64,000 bases of DNA, taken from positions 4,199,158-4,263,157 of the forward strand of contig BDGG01000003.1 in assembly GCA_001949185.1 (NCBI GenBank), given 5' to 3'. The notes beneath the pieces are model-generated. The model was not told the origin of the DNA, did no database searches, and worked only from the letters and a program-made list of their open reading frames with translations. Below are positions 42,401 to 57,400 of the stretch, piece by piece. Positions within the stretch are counted from its first letter, which is position 1, and every line of letters starts with the position of its first letter. This DNA comes from Ramazzottius varieornatus (taxonomy: Eukaryota; Animalia; Tardigrada). Both the position numbers and the translations under genes were made by a program.

Positions 42401-45400
42401 GTACGATGAAGGAGTATGCAGGTGCATGAACGACTGACGCTTTCTTTGCCGACGCGAAAACGATGGCTTCAAGAAAAAAACTGAGACTTTGAATGATCCT
42501 CATACATGTTTTCACACGCAGTAGCGTTCTGGCCGTTCCTCTCAAGTCGATCATCACTTTTAGGAGCTTCAACATGAAGGTTTGTGAGGAAGTCTTGCCC
42601 GTCAGCTGCGTCATGCCCGAAAGGTGAACTTCCGAGCCTCCTTGCGTCTTTCCTTTCGGCTTGTACAGCACCACATTCTCCCCACTGGCGAACCTGCAAA
42701 CACAAAGAGCTGAGAAGACAAAAAAGCCGAATCCCATCGAGTTATCGCTTACCGATCAGAAAGGACTCCCTTCGTTGTGCCTTCAGAGTTGCCTTCATTC
42801 GAATGTTCTTCTCCTTCCGTATCACTCTTCTCTCGCAACTTTGCGTTGTTGTACGCCACAGCTTCCTTGTGCAGGGTCTCGATCTGATTCGTGACGTCCA
42901 CTGACAGCTTTCGAATACCTTCCAGCAACATCTGACTAATGTCTTGCCTGACCGACGTTCCCAGCCGTTGCGCCAGCATGATCAGCGTGTGGGTGATGTC
43001 TTCCAGACCTTCTTCCGAACAGCGCCGCGAAATCAGCACGTCCACCAGCTTTCGGAGCAAGCTACTGATCTCCTCCAACTGCTCGTGCTCCACACTGAGC
43101 GAGAACTTGATCGCGCCTGGCGTCGACAGGTGACACAAGTCTGTCCAAGAAGAAACACAATCGATTATTTTTTGTTTTCTTGTGTTCATCTCGAAGTGCT
43201 CCTTAGTTCCTTACCGACTGCCAAAGAGGACACTTGGTCTTTCAGCTCGAACAAGTCAGCTGTGCGGTCCAGTCGGGACAGGTACTGGGTCAGAGCTTTG
43301 GATACATCAACAAGGTCGGCCGTGTAGTCTCCGCCTTCCGTCTCGACGATCGGTATCGGCGACACCACGTTCCCCTCCACGTTGTCGGGGTTGTAGAACC
43401 TGGTGATGGCTGCTTTCCACAAAATCATGTCGCGCTCTCTTCTGGTCAACTTACCCAGCCGAATCACGTTTCTCGGGTTCTTTGTCACGGTCGAACTCAA
43501 CACCGGAATACCTAAAGCAAAATTCCGGTTGGTCATACATCATCAAAATTAGTTTCCAATATTTTTCCCCATCTCGATAATTAATTTTTGCTATTTCTTC
43601 TGTTCGTTTTTTCCTGCTGGACAGTTGACTAAGTTTCGTTGACAAAATTACCGAGGTCTCGTTTATGGACGTTGACAGCGATGGAAGCAATCAGCCTCAG
43701 TAGCCTATCCGACAAGTCGGGAATCTTGTGGAAGGTTTCGGACAGCAGCATCATGATGAGTTGGCCAAGTCCAGAGTTTGTGAAGTCCACCATGCGTAGC
43801 GGTTCATGGGGTAGCAGTTCCACGACATGCGTTGGCCCCAGTGCGCCGGTCTTACCGGAAGTCTTGCCGGTCTTCCTCACACCACTACCAATCTGGGCGT
43901 CAAGACGCACCAGAATCTCCCAGAAATCTTGGTGGGCTGCTGCTGAAGCCTTGCTTGGCGTCAGCGCCTACGAAAAAGACACAGGGTCAGCCACCCGATA
44001 TCAACTGGGAGCTCGGCGAACCGACAATACTGCTTTCCCAAGTGGCGCACTCTTTCACTGTCATTAGCTGAAAAAGTGCGCCACTTGTCGAATTTGTCTG
44101 CCGAACTCGCAGATTCTTTTGCTGAAATTTTATTCTTGATAGAATTTGGAAGAATCATAATATTTCTGAATCATAATATTTTATGAATCGAAAAGACATG
44201 AATAATTTGGCCACGCAAGATTACCTTCGAAGTCGATCGAACAGGACTCTTCGAATTCCGCTCCTTCTCGCCCCTCCCTTCCAGCTTGATCGCGTACGGG
44301 ACGAACTGTTCGGGGAAGTTCTTGGCCAGCAGCATCAGGCAATCCAGCAAGTTCGCACACACGACCTGCGCAGCCTGTGGATGAATGGTAATGACGGGTG
44401 CCTGCAGCGTTTGTGGCTTCTTCAGTTGCTTCGGCATCAGCTGGAACACGTTGGCCCTGCAGCCCAGCGCCGCCTCGATGCTGATATTCAACCAGTTGGG
44501 TTTGATGGTCGAGTACAATTTCTTGGCTTCCTGTGCCTTACTATCATCTGCCTTCTTCAACATGGACATGACTGCCTCAAAGACCCACTCTCTCGTTGGT
44601 GCATGGTGGCATATGTTTTTGAAGGTCCGTTGTATGCGGCCTATGTTGATGGCTGGTGTGTTGAGGAAGTACAGAACTAAAAGACAAGTCAGGCCTTCGT
44701 AGTCCAGGATGGGCTTGGACGTGCCTTTGAGAGCTATCTCGAACTCCCCACCGCGCATCGCTTCCTGCCCGGCCCCACGGTCCCAACCACCGGTTCGCAT
44801 GGAGGCACCGAACCAGTCTTGTGCACCGGCAGCTTCACCTGGTCTGACTCGGAGGCGCTGCTGAGCTCTTCGTGCCCCACCTCGAGCGGCGTAGTTCGTG
44901 TACGTGCCCATTCGAGCTGTGGCAGGAACTCCACCTGCTCCACCGGTTCTTCGGGCCAAGGCTACAAATACGATAAACTAGATCAGAAGAATCCATAATA
45001 CTCCAAAAGATTTAGTACTGATGATTCAGGAGCTCGGTGAACAACTCGACAAGGTTAGCTTCCCAAGTGGCGCATATTACCACTGTTGCTGGCCGAAAGT
45101 GCGCGCCACTTTGAGAAACTGTCTTGTCAGGTTCGTTCGTCCACATCTCATATTTGGTCCGTGATCGTTCTGAAAATTTTTCTAGATTTCCGAAACTACT
45201 TTTACGGAATATTTCCGACAGCTTTCGGAATGAACGAGTGAACGGGACCACGTTCTTACTTGGGAATCTGCCTCGCATGAAGGCGATGACGTCTCCGTCG
45301 AAGGCCAGGCCACCAGGTGCTCCACCGTGAGCGAACACATGCCGATGCTCCACTTCACGCCGTAACGTTCTCGCTTCTTGTGCAACGGTGTCAGGAAGGA

Positions 45401-48400
45401 CACCGAGTAGTGTATCGTCAATATCGGCCAAGATCTGGCGACGTAGGGACGGCGCCAAGGACTGAATGAAGTTAGCTGGGTCGAACGGCGCGTCAGGTGA
45501 AGCAGTAGCGGCAGCTGCGCGGGCTTGTTCTGCTCTCTGCTGGGCCAAGACCTTGAAGAGAAACCCCGATGTACCAACACAAGAAACCGAATTTTGAATA
45601 CCAGAGATCGTTCATGCACCAGCATACATTTGTTAAGGTATTTAGTGCGAAAATCAAGTTTGCAGGTGTATGACAGGTTTAGAAATCTTATTTTACGATA
45701 ATATTAAATTTCAGCGTATTTAACAGACATTTTGACTTACTTCTTCCTGGATGTTCGGGGGTAGAGCGGCCAAGAAATCAGCGGAGATTTCCAAAGGAGC
45801 TGCGGCAGGAGGGACCGCAGCGGGAGTTCCAGCAGCTGTTTCTCCAGCGACAGCTGGCTCACCGGTTGAAGTTCCGGGTGTGGCAGCACTGGAAGATGTT
45901 CCAGCAGCAGCAGCAGCTGCTGCACTTGCCGCGGCAGCCGCTGCGGAGCGAGCAGCGCGTTGTTGGTTCTGACGCTGCATTCGGAGGAAGTCGGCGATGA
46001 CTTCTTGTCTCATGCTTTCCGGTAGAGCTTCCAGGAAGGATGGATCGATGCCTTCCGGATACACGCCACCTACAAGGCAACTAAGTAAGATCACCCACTG
46101 GAAAAACTTCATCGATATCAGATGCACAAGTTTGTTGGAAGGCTTTCCACCGACACCTGCACTAGTCTGCAGTAGCCGAGGATATTCCTTCTCCTACAAT
46201 CTGGCATAATAACTTGTCGCCAGACTCACAGAAAATCTGGCGCTAATGAGTTATGCCACGAAACTAAGTTCAATCCGATCTAGAGACATCATAAAATTCA
46301 AAAGTGTATAGGTTTATAAGCTTACTAACCTGAGGCCTGAGCTTGTCCCGAAGAAGTGGACGCTTCTTGCGAAGGTGCGCTGCTGGCCGTTGGCTCTGCT
46401 GGTGCATTCTGCGCCGTCACCGAGGCTGTCGCACCTGTGCTGTTGGTGGTTTCAATCGACTGCAGAATTGTCAAAGCTGTAGGTGCGTCGCTTGGATGTG
46501 TTAGAACAAGAACCTGCGGAACACTGGAAAAAAGAGAAATATGTTAAGGTTAATGTTCTGTACCTTATGCATTTCGGTCGTCTCTTACTCAGATGGAGCG
46601 TCGTCTCGCAGGAGTTGAGCTTGAATCTCCATACCCCGTTGCACAGCCTCACTAATGTCCATAGGAACCGGCGGCGGCGGCGCTTGAGCTGGTTGCGGTG
46701 GTTGTTCAGTTGTACCATGCGGATTGTCCGTTAGGACGACCATCGAGGTATCCTGTTGTTCATTATCCGTGTCTTCAGACAGATGGCTGGAGTAGTCTTC
46801 CGAGTTCTCGTTCTCCGACGTCGAGTCACCTTCCATCTCTTGCATGATCCGTCCTGCCACCGCTTCGCTCAACGCATTCACCTACAACGGGATAGAATAT
46901 TCAGGGACCGTATTCGACCTGGTTTCACTGAAATGGAGACCGTTGATGCACCTGCGTACATTAAACCACGCATTTACTGCGACACCCAAGTATGCATGGG
47001 CATGATAGAAATTCTAACTGCGATTTCCTTACCGCCTCCGACTGCATTTGGACAGTTTCTTGCAGCCTTGCGATGTCATTCATGATGGAAGCGCTGGTGG
47101 GATCTCCAGACAGCAGTTCCAGTCGTCCCGCCCCACCTTCCGCCGAAGCACTGAGACCAGCTGGGCGGTAGGAGCGTCGCGCTAGCTGCAGTTTGGGAGC
47201 AGCCGCCAAACCAGTGGAGGCGGGTGGCTCGGGTTGGTTCTTCTTCATTTCTTTGACAGCTTCATCACGTTCCGCTTCCATACCGGGAAGGATGGCTGGT
47301 CTTGTCACATCCGCACACTCAATGACATTGTCGCCGTCCAGCACTCGGGCTTCTTCGCTCCACCGTTTCACCAAAGAAGGCAGACTGGCGACCAGACCTG
47401 CTGTTCCCAGGAACACCGGATCATCCTGCAGGAAAAAAACGATCGTCAAACTTCAAGCCTTCTACTATTCACTGGTGATACTTACGGGTACTTCGAGGTC
47501 GTCACTGTTAGATTGTCGTGCGATACCGCCGGCATAGTCGTGTTCTGGCCAGAAGGCACCGGCAGGTCCACGACTAAGTCCACCTCGAGCCAGAAGCCTT
47601 TCTGGAATCTCGACTGCGGCTGTGCCACCGCCCATATCGTGAGCGTACAGTCTGAAGGCTGGACCCAGCAGTGTCTGAAGGATGGCGGGAGGATTTAACC
47701 GACCTCCACCAAGACGCCCACCAGTTGCCCCTTGACCAGCTCGAACTCTGATCAGTCGGGCACCACCTCGTCCATTGGCAGCCAAGGCGATCTCGGACGT
47801 CGAGCCAATACCTGTAGGCAGAACAATACCTGTCACAAAAGACTAAGAACGAAACAACAGCAAGAGCGGTCATCGATACGATCGTCTATTTTAGGTTTGG
47901 ATGGACAGCAAGCAGTTCTCACGCTCCTGCATACACAAAGCCTTAAGCAGATGGGGACACTCAAGTATTCAGGAGCATGCAAGACCGTCCTGCTCTTTCC
48001 AAAGCTGGACATCTTTTGCAGTTTCATGCACCTGAATACTTCTGCTTCACCAGAAATAAATGTGTTCCCTGTATGCAGGTGCGAGAAAAGTTTTCTGCTT
48101 ACCCATTTACGAGACTGTACGTACCTAGTCTATGGGCTGCCGCCGTTACAGGAAGCGGTGCTCCATCAGCGGCGACTGGAGGTCTTGACAGGAGAGGATG
48201 GCTAGAGGAGATAGCCAGTGGAGGAGGAAGTTGTCGCGTACCGGTTGATCCATTCTGCAGCTCCGACCCAATTGCACCGGGTCCGCCTGCATTCAGCTCG
48301 AAGAGCACACCACCCGCTCCTTCTAGACCAAAGGCCTGGCCTGCTGTGCCCAAAGGGTGGAACGCTCCAGCACCGGCGGTGCCAGGGAAGAGGTCTTCTA

Positions 48401-51400
48401 GATGGAACAGCATGTCGTCTTCACCGGCTCTATCTTCGTCGTCCCAGTCGATACCGTCGAACCGTCCCACGTTGAACTCGTAGGGGTTCCTTCCACCGCC
48501 GTTTGCGTTTTGGTCGATGGCCTGATCATAAACCAGAAATCAGACACACTGGCCTCGGCACAATAATTATTTTTTGATTAGTGACTTTTCTGCTTTTGTT
48601 TAGAGACACTTCTGTGATCAACTGCCGGTGAGCAGAAGACCGGAGACTGCTACAAGTTATTTTCGCACTGAGTAAAGGTCTCGAAACGCCATAAAGGTAT
48701 ATCGAGGGACATTCAGCGCCCAACAAAAATTCAGAGATAAATTTTGACAATAAATCAAAACTTTAATTTGAACGAAATGCAGTTCCTAATCATGAGTATA
48801 GTACAACAGTGTACGTACAGCAGGTTCGATGAACTCGTCATCGTCATCTTCATCCTCCTCGTCGTCTTCATCGTCTTCATCATCATCGTCATCTTGCATT
48901 TCCTCGTCGTCGTCCGCTTCGTCAGGCTGGTACCCCCCTTCGCCTTCCTCCTCAGCAGGGTTGACGGGAACGATTTCGTCTTCATTCTCCGAGGTTTCTT
49001 CATCCATGGAGATCTCTAGCTCCATGTCTCTCCGGTTCAGGTTGCGTCTTTCATGTCTGACTTCCGCTTCCTCTCCATCCGACGCGTCCATGTTGTTATC
49101 AGTGTCCACTTCCATACTTGGTGGAAGGAAGTACAGGTCACTCATGTCGGCGCCATCTTGGACGTTGATCTACGAGACAGACATCAGCAAATTTTGCAAG
49201 TTAAAATTGTAAAGAAATTCGACAAGAGCAGTTTTTTCAAGCGGCCACGCTTTCGACCGAAAACACCGAAACCATGCGCCACTTTCGAAACTTGCAAGAT
49301 CGTTCTTCCAAGTGGCACACACTTCCGGCCAGAACAACCAGAAACGTGCGCAATCTGGAAAAGTAACCTTTCCGAGTTTGTTAACTTTTCTTGGTTTTGT
49401 ACCGTGTCGTCCGTCAAAGGTGCGATGTCGTGGTCCGTTCTCTGCGACTCATCGATAGCCGAGTTCTGGGTGATGTCGGAAGCTTCAGCGTTGCCAGCTG
49501 TCGTCGACCTACCCGATGCACCGTTCTGCCCGAATCTTGCCTTGACTTTCGGCTTGTCCTGTTGTGCAGCCAAGCGAGTGAGTGTTTCCAGAGGCCGCAG
49601 AACACAGTTGATCGTAGCAGCCAGATGCGGGCTACGAAGATCCAAGCTGTGCGGGATCTTTGCCAGGTCGTTGATGAGGTTCCGCTTGGCCATGCAGCGT
49701 GCCATCTGGTTGACGACAAACTGGACGTTTCGATCACCGGTCGGATCAGCCACTCTTGTCGGACACGCTTCGACCATCGTATGAATCTGCGAACAGAGTA
49801 GACTTATTTTTTGTCGTGTAAATTTTATTATATCTCTGGCCGTCAACAGTAATATACAGCAGTTAAGAAAGTTCTCAAGCTAACATTTACCAGTTATTGC
49901 AGAGTAGATTTCGTAAAAACCAATAGAAAAGTAGCTTGACAGATAAACTCGACAAGACTTTTTTCCAAGTAGCGTACAGTATATCGTTGTTAGCTAAATG
50001 CGTGCGCCACATGGGAAAACAGTCTTGTCGAGGCTGAGTTCCCACTTCTCGGTTATCAAATTTCTTCGTAGTCCTTGAATTTATCCGAAAAATTTCTGCG
50101 GCCAATCACATTGGAGTAAAAGACTGTTCCGTGATAGTTTTGCACTGATTTTAGGTGGAAGAAACTTGAACTTACGATGTTGGCCAATGCGCTAATTCGT
50201 TCGTGTTTCTCCTGGTTCTCTGGAAGAACCGTGGCTCGTAGTAGTGCATGTTTCACTTCGTCGACCACTTCCAGCTGCGCAGCGGGATGTTCGAAGGCGG
50301 CCGCTAGAGCAGCCATCAGTACTCGGGCAGAATACGGACAGTACTCGTCACCGACCTTCTGGCTTGTGTGGATGAAGTTGTCGAGTACGAAACCTAGTGC
50401 GTTGATGTCCTGCAAAAGTAAGCCGGTCTATATACTGCTGTAACATTAGGGTCCCAGGCATGCAAACTCGACAAGATCGTTTTTCCAAGAGAGGCGTACG
50501 CCGTCATCTGATAACACTGACAATTTGAGCGACACACGAGAAAGATCTGGTCGAATTCCCATTTTATCGGAATATCGGAATGATGTAGTACCTCTTTGAC
50601 CAGTGGTCCTTGTTCGACGCTATAACTATGCGAGAGAATGAAAGACGCGACATGATTGTACGACTTGACCAGTTCAGCCAGAATTCGCATCGTCATGGAC
50701 TTGTTCAGGATTGGCTTGTTGATTTTGTCGGAAGACTGCCAGATACTCTGGTCGTCATTGCTACTAGAGAAAGAAGGGCTGGAGAGCTCCGACTCCACAG
50801 TCGTATGTTGCATGAGTTGGTGCAACAAGTTCAAGTTGCGGTAGCCCGGCACGGCGGACGACGACTCCGTCGCAGGCTGCGTGCGAGAACTTCTTTCGGC
50901 ACTTGACGGCACTCCAGTCGACTCTTTACCAGCTTCCTTCTTCTCAGCCGCTGGCTTCACTTCCTGCTCCCATGGCTGGACGAGCTGGTTCAGCAGGTCG
51001 GCAACCAGCTGTTTTAGGACCTGAGAAAACAGCATTTTGAATCAGTGTAAATGTCCTACATCGCTATTGAGATGTATTTCGTGTACCTTGTTGTAGGCTT
51101 CCGGTTGGTCTTGTCCTAGCTTCATGTTCCGTACCGGTGGATGAGGCTTGACCAAGTCAGTCCTATTGTTCGGATCATCCGGTCTTGCAGTAGGGGCACC
51201 AGCGTTAGGAGGTACGTTGAAGTGAATCACCCGCTTGGCACACTCGATGAACTTGTCGGGATTACGAGCAGCTCCCGGCCAGGCCACTCTCATGACATAG
51301 TTGCCTTCCCGGGTGGCATTCCCCACGTAACCGTTGGTGCCAGCGACAGTCGACACCACACCGTACGTCAGCCACGAGCAAAACTGAAAAGAGAACATGG

Positions 51401-54400
51401 GTAAAAAGAAGAGCGACACCGATTGGAGTTGAGTAGCGCACCGAACCAGCAATTGCGGCGCTCGTTGTGCGCCACTTGACCGGATACCATCGCTCCTTGT
51501 CAAGCGGCGCACTACAGTTTAGATAGCATGAGCTAGTGCGTCACCTAATCATACAATGACCACCCAGATCAAAAGGCGCGCTTGTGCATTATTTCACCAC
51601 AACCCAACACGCCACTGGTTCGCAATTGGGCCAAATTACCTTCTCCATTGAGTACTGAAGAACGGCGGTGTTCTCAATCACATGCCGAACCAAATGCGTC
51701 AAGAAAGAGCTAAAACTGTCAAAGTAAGATCGGGCATCCAGCGCCATCAGGATCTGTGGTCCACTCAGGTCAGCAAAGTGCTTGGCCAGCTCGTAGTCCC
51801 GGGTGAAGCGGAGCAGCAACCTCATAGCGGCATGAAGGGTATCCGGGTCCAGCTTTTGGTGAATGAGGCTCAGGGTGTCGTTAATGAGGGCTCGTCGCTG
51901 CTCCACCAGTAGGCCACCCAGCACCGGAGGTTCGTTGGAGGTTGTCTTGACCTCCACCTGGTCTTGGTCAGTCTGCATCGGGCTGTCTTCACTGCGACTT
52001 TTCGTGGCTTGGACCGTCTGTATCTCCGACGTCATACCCGATGTTTCGGTCGAAGACTTACCCGAGTCTTTTGACACATCTTCAGTCTTTGTATCGGTCT
52101 TCGTCTCGGTCTTTTCAGGTACGGGTTCTGTCTTCTTCAAGTCACGCATCACGGGCCGCTTACTTCCAGTACCTTCAGTTATCTGAACCTACACACGAAA
52201 AAGAACTTTATCAAAACCACGAATCTATTCTGTAAGTGAGGCAACCTGAATTTTTTTGGGAACTAAAAATTGTCCAAAACAATTCTGCCGCCAATCACAT
52301 GAAAGCAAAAGGCGGGAGACTGTTCCGTTCTAATTTTGCACTGGTTAAAGGTCTCGAACTGCGACACGTGGCAGTCCGAGGGACATACAGTGCCTGAAGT
52401 ACTGCTATTCCTAGTCTAAGGCAAAGCTCATGTATTATTTGGCAGCGCGATAAATAAACCTGACCAGATAATTAATTTTTTCGCACGATTGCAGTCAGTA
52501 TCACAGTAAACGTGCGAAGCTCTGGTCGAGTTTTTTGCCGAGCTCCTACTTCTACGTTCGAGAAGAAACCTACCATATCTTTGAAGCGGACGATTGATGT
52601 TCCCCCACGTTGTCCAGGCCCAGCCAACGGCGACGTCAGCTTGCAGGAAGACTTTCCCTTATCGTATGCTTCTGAGAGCTCTTTGCTCTGTGCTTCAGTG
52701 AAGGGGCTCCATCTTCCAGCTCGGTTGTCAAACATCTTCCATGTCAGAGCGAACTGTTCTTGGATGACCCTCTTGCGTTTGAACGCGGCGCACATCTTCT
52801 CGTACGAGTCGAGAATCAGGTAGGCGAACGCTAGCCATTTCGGCACCAGCTCCGTTCCTCGAATGACCAAGCTGTGAATTCTGCGAGCAGCAGAAATCAA
52901 GTTGATCAGGAGCGGAATCAAATTGTCATCCTCGAGGATTCTCCCGCACTCGTCCTGAAAAATATCGTGAAGTCATAAAGCCGTCGAAAAATATTCAATA
53001 TCAAAATGATTTCTGACTTTAAAAAAATGGAACTTATAATAACCCGATCAAGTCGCGAACTTACGCTTTATTGCCCACTGACAAAATGCGCCACCTTTTT
53101 TCTAATCTCTCATACCTGAGTTTCTTCGATGAGGATGCACAACAAGTGCAACCTGGCCGACAGCGTCAGCGAATCCGGCGCCGACCTCAGCACTTCAGCC
53201 GGTGGAGAGTCGGCTGGCGACTGTTCGGACCCGTTGTAGAACTTCTCGGCGCTCTGGATAACCACTGCGGCCGAGGCGATGGCATCACCAATCAGCGCCT
53301 TGATTCTCTTCAGCTTCCAGTCATTTCCATTCCGCTTCGAGATGACACTCATCAAGTCAGCCACCTTGAAGACGCATTCCGGTATGAAGTCGACCAGTTC
53401 GATGCAGAGAGGAAGCGCCTTGTCGATGAGCTGGTCGATCTGCTCGGTGGTAGGTGGCACCGCTGGAGTTGGTAGCTGTGGCGGCGCTGCTGGAGCGACG
53501 GTACCACCAATGGACATTGCGATTGCCTGCATCAGCTCGTCCTGTTCTTCGCTGGCCTCTGGAGTCGGGCCTGTTGTTCCTCGAGGTCCACGACCACCTA
53601 CAACTTCTAAATGTCAGAATGTTTCTGCCTTTCCGTCATTTTTGAACTTGTTGATTTTTTCTCAAAAGCCCAGTTTCACATTCTTCCTTCGCTATCGTTG
53701 AACGTTAGGCTTTACAAAACTTTCCCAACATCATCTGGAGAGTATCTTCGGTACCTTACCTGAGGCTAGAAGGTAGTCGGCGGCCTGTTCGACGTTGTTA
53801 GCGTGATAAATCAGCGCTTCCGCCGCGGCTTCCCGTGTGAAGCCCATGTCCAGTAGCGCTTGTAGGGCAATGGGTGGCGCGTCTACAGGTGCTACTGCAG
53901 CCGGTGCAGTACCAGCAGCAGGCGCCGAAACTCCAACTGCGGCGGCCGAAGCTGCAGCGGGCGACTTCTCTTTGATGATGGCTTCGATCTTCATAATGTG
54001 GCTCAGGATGGTCAGCAGCAGATCACCGGCGTTCTCTCCAAAGTTCTTCAGGGCTTGGACTGACAAGAACTTGTCGATGACCTGCATGGTGCTCTGCGAA
54101 CCGCAGAAAATTCTCTGGTTAGTTATGTCTTTTTTCACATCCGGCAGACCGGGAAACAAACTTGACAAAATGGGTTCCCAAGTGGCGCACGCTTCAAGTG
54201 TTATCGGCTGGAAGTATGCACCACTTGGAAGAAAGGCCTTCTCAAGTTTGTTTGTAGGTCCTCTCTGTTTAACAGCAATGTATAAACCTACGTTCAGCAT
54301 TTCGACGTAGTAAGGTACAGGGTCGAAAGGAGCGACATAGCCAGGGATGGCTATTCTGGAAGGCGGCAATGTGTTCTGCGACTCCACGATGTTCTTCGGG

Positions 54401-57400
54401 TTCAGAAGCTTCTCCAGCATGGATAGCCACGTTACGGCAAAGTCTACTGTGAACTGTCCGACTGGGGTTCTTTCAGTGGTCACCTTGTTCATGTCGAAAT
54501 CCTGCAAAACCAAAAATGTTGATTATAGACTCCCAGAAGCAGACCGTCATCCTGATTCGAAAGGTCGGCAAACACAACTCGCCAGGTCCTTTTTCAACTG
54601 GCGCACCCTTGTAGTATTGCTGACTTACAACTTGCGCCACTTGAAAAAGAATTTGACGGTTAACTCTTACCTTCATGACGGTCCGGAATGCCCCAAAGAA
54701 AGCATCCGCCACACCGACCGAAATAAACTTCTGCAACATGAAGTGGTACGCGTGTCTCTTTTCATCGAAGAGCAGCGGTTGGATGAAGCCCACCACGCAG
54801 ATCAAATAATTGAGTTTGAATCTGGCCGGCACACTGACGAACGGTCCCTTCTGGTTGATCACTTTGGTCATGATTTTCGCCACAGTCTCGGCGATCTTTC
54901 TGGCGTTCTCACTGGGAATCTCTCCGCGGTTCACCACCGCGCCATGCCTTCTCTGCGCCTTCACATTGACAAACTTGACCATCAGACTGAATAGTTCACC
55001 GGTCGTACGACAGAGTTTAGTGGCGATCGTGATCAACGGTTTCAGAAGCTTGACTATGTTAATCTGTGCTCTGATTTGCGAAGAGGACTTCTTTGCGGAC
55101 ACAGTAGTCGAAGTAGAAGGCTGCGAGGACTCGTTGTCGACATCCATGGGGATGACTATCCTACTCTCTGAGCTGGAAGCCGAAAGAGTTCGTGTCTCGC
55201 TCTCGGTGGAAGAAGAAGACGACTTGTCGTCCTCACTGAAGAGCTTTCGACTGGCCAGTAAAGCTTTCAGGTCGGACTTACTCATGTCTCCTTCTTGTGT
55301 TACAACATTCTCTTCGCTACACAATGCTATCAGGATCGTGTTTTCCCAGATGAGGAAACTGTACAAGTCCGCGATCTTCTCCAAGATGTCGATACCCGAG
55401 GTCTGCGCCCAGGTATTCGTACAAACCGACCTCAGTTCCACCTACAAAGAGATCCAGTCTGGTTTTCTTAACTATATACTACCCATTCGTTTCATTTCAT
55501 CTTTCTCAAGAGCTGCTACCGTTACTTTCGTTCTGCATTCTATTCTTCATGCGAAAGCTCGGTAAATAAACTCCAGAGGGTCCTTTATCAAAGTGGTGCA
55601 GCCATGCAATATTATTGGCTGGAAGCGTGCGCCATTTGGAAAAACAACCGAACTGGACGAGATCGTTCTTCCAGGCGACGCACCCTTCCAGCAAACACGA
55701 CTGAAAGCGTGCGTCACTTGGATAAACGTTCTGGTCGAGTTTGTATCCCATTTTTAAACCGATTTTATTTCTTCCTAGTTTTCTTACTTGACTGAGTTTG
55801 CAGATGGCGTTCATCATGCTAACATAGCTGTGCATGTAGCAGAGTCGATGTAGCAACGGCGTATTCTGCGCGTCCCTCAGCGCCTCTTCGTTGTTTGGTG
55901 TGCTCTTGGACCATTCACTCAGCATGGACGATCCCCCAGCTTCCACTTCCCGGCCTCTCAGATCGCTGATTTCCCTCAAAACCACGTCCATATGCGAGAA
56001 GGCTTCCGTCAAGACTGTCTCGTTCCTGCAGTACGCCATCACGTTCTTGACCAGGCCATTCGCAGCTTGACACGCATGCGAATACGGAAACTCAAGCGGA
56101 AGGTTGGGTAGGCGGAAGATTTCCATCAGCGGCTTCAGACCACCTTGTCGAACAAACTCCTGACAGTGATCCTCGGTAGAGTTACTGATCAGTACAGCCT
56201 CCACAAACTTGCACTAAAAAGCCATATTTCTTTACACCAATAATATTACAGTATAACGTGTGAGGCCAAAGCGAAAAACATTGGCAGGAACGATTTTCCA
56301 AGTGGCGCACGCCTTCAGCCGATACTACTGGAAACATGCGCCACTTAGGAAAAACATACATGCGAAGTCCGCTGTTGCGTTCCCAATTATGCGCTTTTCG
56401 AAAACAGGGGTGGCTGTACTTACGGCGTTGATGATGTAGTCCATGAGTGGAATGACAGTCTTCTCTTTCGTATCGGTGCTGTTCGAATTCTGCGTATCCA
56501 GCCGGAGGCCAGACGGGACCGTGTGAAAGGAAGCCGTTCCACCTTGCTGGAAATCTTCATACTCATCGTCGTCGTCCGACGAGTCGCCAGGTATACTATG
56601 GTCGGAATTTCGAGCCGGTCTCTGGGCAGTCTGCTGGCTGGACCCGCTGACTTGGCAAACGTACCTCGAGTCACGCCCAATGGAGCAAAGTTCTTGCAAT
56701 AGCTAAGAAACAAAGACACAAATTCAGTGACTGGATACAGCATCGTTGGTAGTGGAGTGGCTTACCTTGACGACATCTTGCATGGCTTGAGTGCGAAGTG
56801 TGGGCTGATGTCGCATCAGCTCGTCTACAGCGCCACCAAGACTAGCCGCAGTGTCACCATAGCCTTCGTTAGTACGACGTCGGCGCATGGCCGGAAGGTA
56901 GTCAGGAGACAGCAGGACTTTGAAGAGCTTCTCGAAGGGCTTGCAAGCCACGAAAGCCTGTAGACCACGCGTGTTCAGACACAAAGCGCTGCAGATGTTC
57001 GGAATGGCCGACAGCACCTCCCGAGTCGGTGGAAGCTGCAACGAAAAGTCATGCCATGCATGATGTAATGACGCAGTTCAGTTCAACGGGAAACAGATTT
57101 ATCATAAATCGGGCGTAGCAGACCATCTGAACCAGATAGCTTTCCTAAGTGGCGTATACTGTCAGCTCTCAACAATGAAAACGTGCGCCACTTGAAGTAA
57201 CGATCCAGTTCCACTCATCTGCCCACGTCCCATTTAAACATTTCGAACCTACGAAGGCAACTTACATCTTTGACCAGGACAGCTTGCAGGATGACATCCG
57301 TCAAGCCGTGATCTTGTAAGGCCGAAAGCATGCCCGGTTCTTGGAAGACGTAGACGGTGACGATGTCGGTCGCCAGGAGGAACAGTGAGGAACCGTAGTA

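Noticed and set aside
48829-55565. Long plus-strand ORFs (48829, 49053, 54347, 54810) as antisense genes
   Set aside because: They are shadows of HUWE1 exons (e.g. poly-Ser opposite the acidic tract) and of intronic repeats.
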